Part shown: piece by piece, positions 62,032 to 64,000 of the stretch | Layout of the letters: each line of letters begins with the position of its first letter | Numbering within the stretch: the first letter of the stretch is position 1 | Program-made: the position numbers and the translations under genes | Assembly (NCBI GenBank): GCA_046563655.1 | Contig: CM102290.1 | Span: 3,844,001-3,908,000, forward strand | Direction: 5' to 3' | From: Yuukianura sp. NJ FZ-2021 | Lineage: Eukaryota | Length of the DNA: 64,000 bases | Notes under the pieces: generated by a model | Seen by the model: only the letters and a program-made list of their open reading frames with translations | Told to the model about the DNA's origin: nothing | Databases searched by the model: none

Positions 62032-64000
62032 ATGTCGATTGAAATCGAATCTGTAGAGTAAGTTAAATTTTGTAAATAAGAAGGCATGGGCCACATTTAA
62101 GAAAACTAAAATCTAAATAATCGAAAAGTAAACAACTCACTCATATCATGTGTTTGATTTCTAGTATCATTCGTCTTATTCAGCAATTTCTTAAAGAGGC
62201 GAATTTGCAACGAAGTCTTACAGCTCTTCAGGAAGAAACTGGAGTTTCGCTAAATACTGTGGACAGCGTTGAAAGTTTCTGTGCCGATATTGTCAATGGT
62301 CACTGGGACATTGTCCTCAAAGTCACGCAAAATCTTAAGCTTCCGGACAAAAAATTAATTGACTTATACGAGCAGGTATAATTTCACATTCCCACTGCTT
62401 TAGCATGTTCATGAATTATTCAATTCTTACAACGATTTACTATCCTTGATACTTCTAATTCGGGCACGTTATTTGTCATTTTTCTGTTAGGTTGTTCTTG
62501 AGCTAATCGAGTTACGTGAATTAGGAGCCGCTCGATCCCTCTTACGAAACACCGACCCGATGATAATGATGAAGCAAGTCGAGCCAGAACGTTATATGCA
62601 TTTGGGTATTTTTATATTTAACAGTACTAATACTTTAAAACAAGAATCGCCGCGACGTAAATAATTTTTGATTCCAGAAAATATTCTTGCTCGATCATAT
62701 TTCGATGCCAGAGAGGCTTATCCGGAAGGTGGAAGTAAAGAAAAAAGGAGAACGGCTATCGCTGCTGCATTATCAACTGAAGTTTCAGTTGTTCCACCTT
62801 CACGACTTTTGGCACTCATGGCTCAAGCACTCAAATGGCAGCAGCATCAGGGCCTTCTCCCACCGGGTACAACGATTGACTTATTCAGAGGCAAGGCGTC
62901 TATGAAGGAGCAAGAGGAGGAGAAATTCCCTACACAAATGGTAAAACAAATCAAGTTCGGCCAAAAGACACACGTGGAGTGCGCCAGGTTCTCACAGGAT
63001 GGACAATACTTGATTTCTGGATCTGTCGATGGCTTTATAGAAGTTTGGAATTTTACTACCGGAAAAATACGGAAAGATCTCAAATATCAAGCACAGGTAT
63101 CATATGATGTTGACAGTTACTTCACTTTTCAAGTTATTATACTTCTTCGATTCGATTCTGTAGATAAACTATTTCTGTGCGATGATGTAGGACAACTTCA
63201 TGATGATGGAAGAAGCAGTTCTCTGCCTCGCATTTAGTAGAGACTCGGAGATGTTGGCATCCGGTTCTCAAGCAGGAAAGATTAAAATTTGGAAAATTGG
63301 AACTGGTCAGTGTCTGAGACGTTATGAAAAAGCCCATTCGAAAGGTGTCACATGCATCCAATTCTCCAAAGACAATAGTCAGATCCTTAGCTCATCATTC
63401 GACACTACTATACGGTACGTTATTTCTCTAATTTACTGCACTTCAGATCTTATCCCACTGACGATTACGTTTGATAATTCTGTAGGCTCCATGGTCTCAA
63501 ATCCGGAAAATGCATCAAGGAATTCCGCGGGCACACTTCATTCGTCAACGACGTTACGTTCACTGTAGACCATCACAACGTGATTAGCGTAGCTTCGGAT
63601 GGTCTGATTAAGATTTGGAGCCTCAAAACTACTGAAGCTCTTCACACGTATAAATCCAACCTGGGTGGCAGTGGAGCTGTGGACATCCCTATTAGCTCTA
63701 TTATGATACTACCAAAACATCCAGACCACTTCATTGTTTGCAACAGAACAAATACAGTCGTCGTTATGAATATGTCGGGACAGGTAACCCTCAAAAACTC
63801 GTTAGTGAATGTTTCTATTTTCTAAATACAGACGATGCTAAAACATTTTCATATGTTGTACTTTCTCGTAGATTATCAAATCATTTACAAGTGGAAAGCG
63901 TGAGGGTGGCGACTTTGTTTGTGCGTGTCTCTCCCCGAGAGGGGAATGGGTTTACTGTGTCGGGGAAGACATGGTACTCTACTGTTTCTCACTAAATTCC
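62032..64000 (+). CDS. SMU1: WD40 repeat spliceosomal protein SMU1, 3' end runs off the window
   Basis: [98 protein letters not shown]. Confidence 0.97.

Overview
Intron-rich, AT-rich eukaryotic DNA, almost certainly arthropod (dumpy-family gene, 23-nt Xbp1 intron); the species cannot be named from sequence alone. Genes in order: Spt6 (-, runs off the left edge), an intact CRE-like RT/RLE non-LTR retrotransposon (-) between the divergent Spt6 and Xbp1 promoters, Xbp1 (+, with a clear IRE1-type 23-nt intron), pescadillo (-), a Bicaudal-D-related adaptor (+), a DNAJC30-like J protein (-), CCT6 (-), a compact dumpy-family EGF/DPY/ZP gene (-) and SMU1 (+, runs off the right edge). Several MITE families, a Helentron-like repeat and two minisatellites are also present. 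The best candidate for an undescribed system is the retrotransposon: it has no visible N-terminal zinc fingers, but carries 25 x 13-aa repeats and an RFX-type winged-helix domain, and its own 5' end holds two RFX X-box-like motifs around the start codon. Other notable items are a dense set of AGGTCA nuclear-receptor elements (DR1 and a perfect IR1) through dumpy introns and exons, and a ~170-aa Pro/Ala insertion with six acidic-WD motifs in Spt6. All protein identifications are by eye from recalled family sequences; no searches were run.
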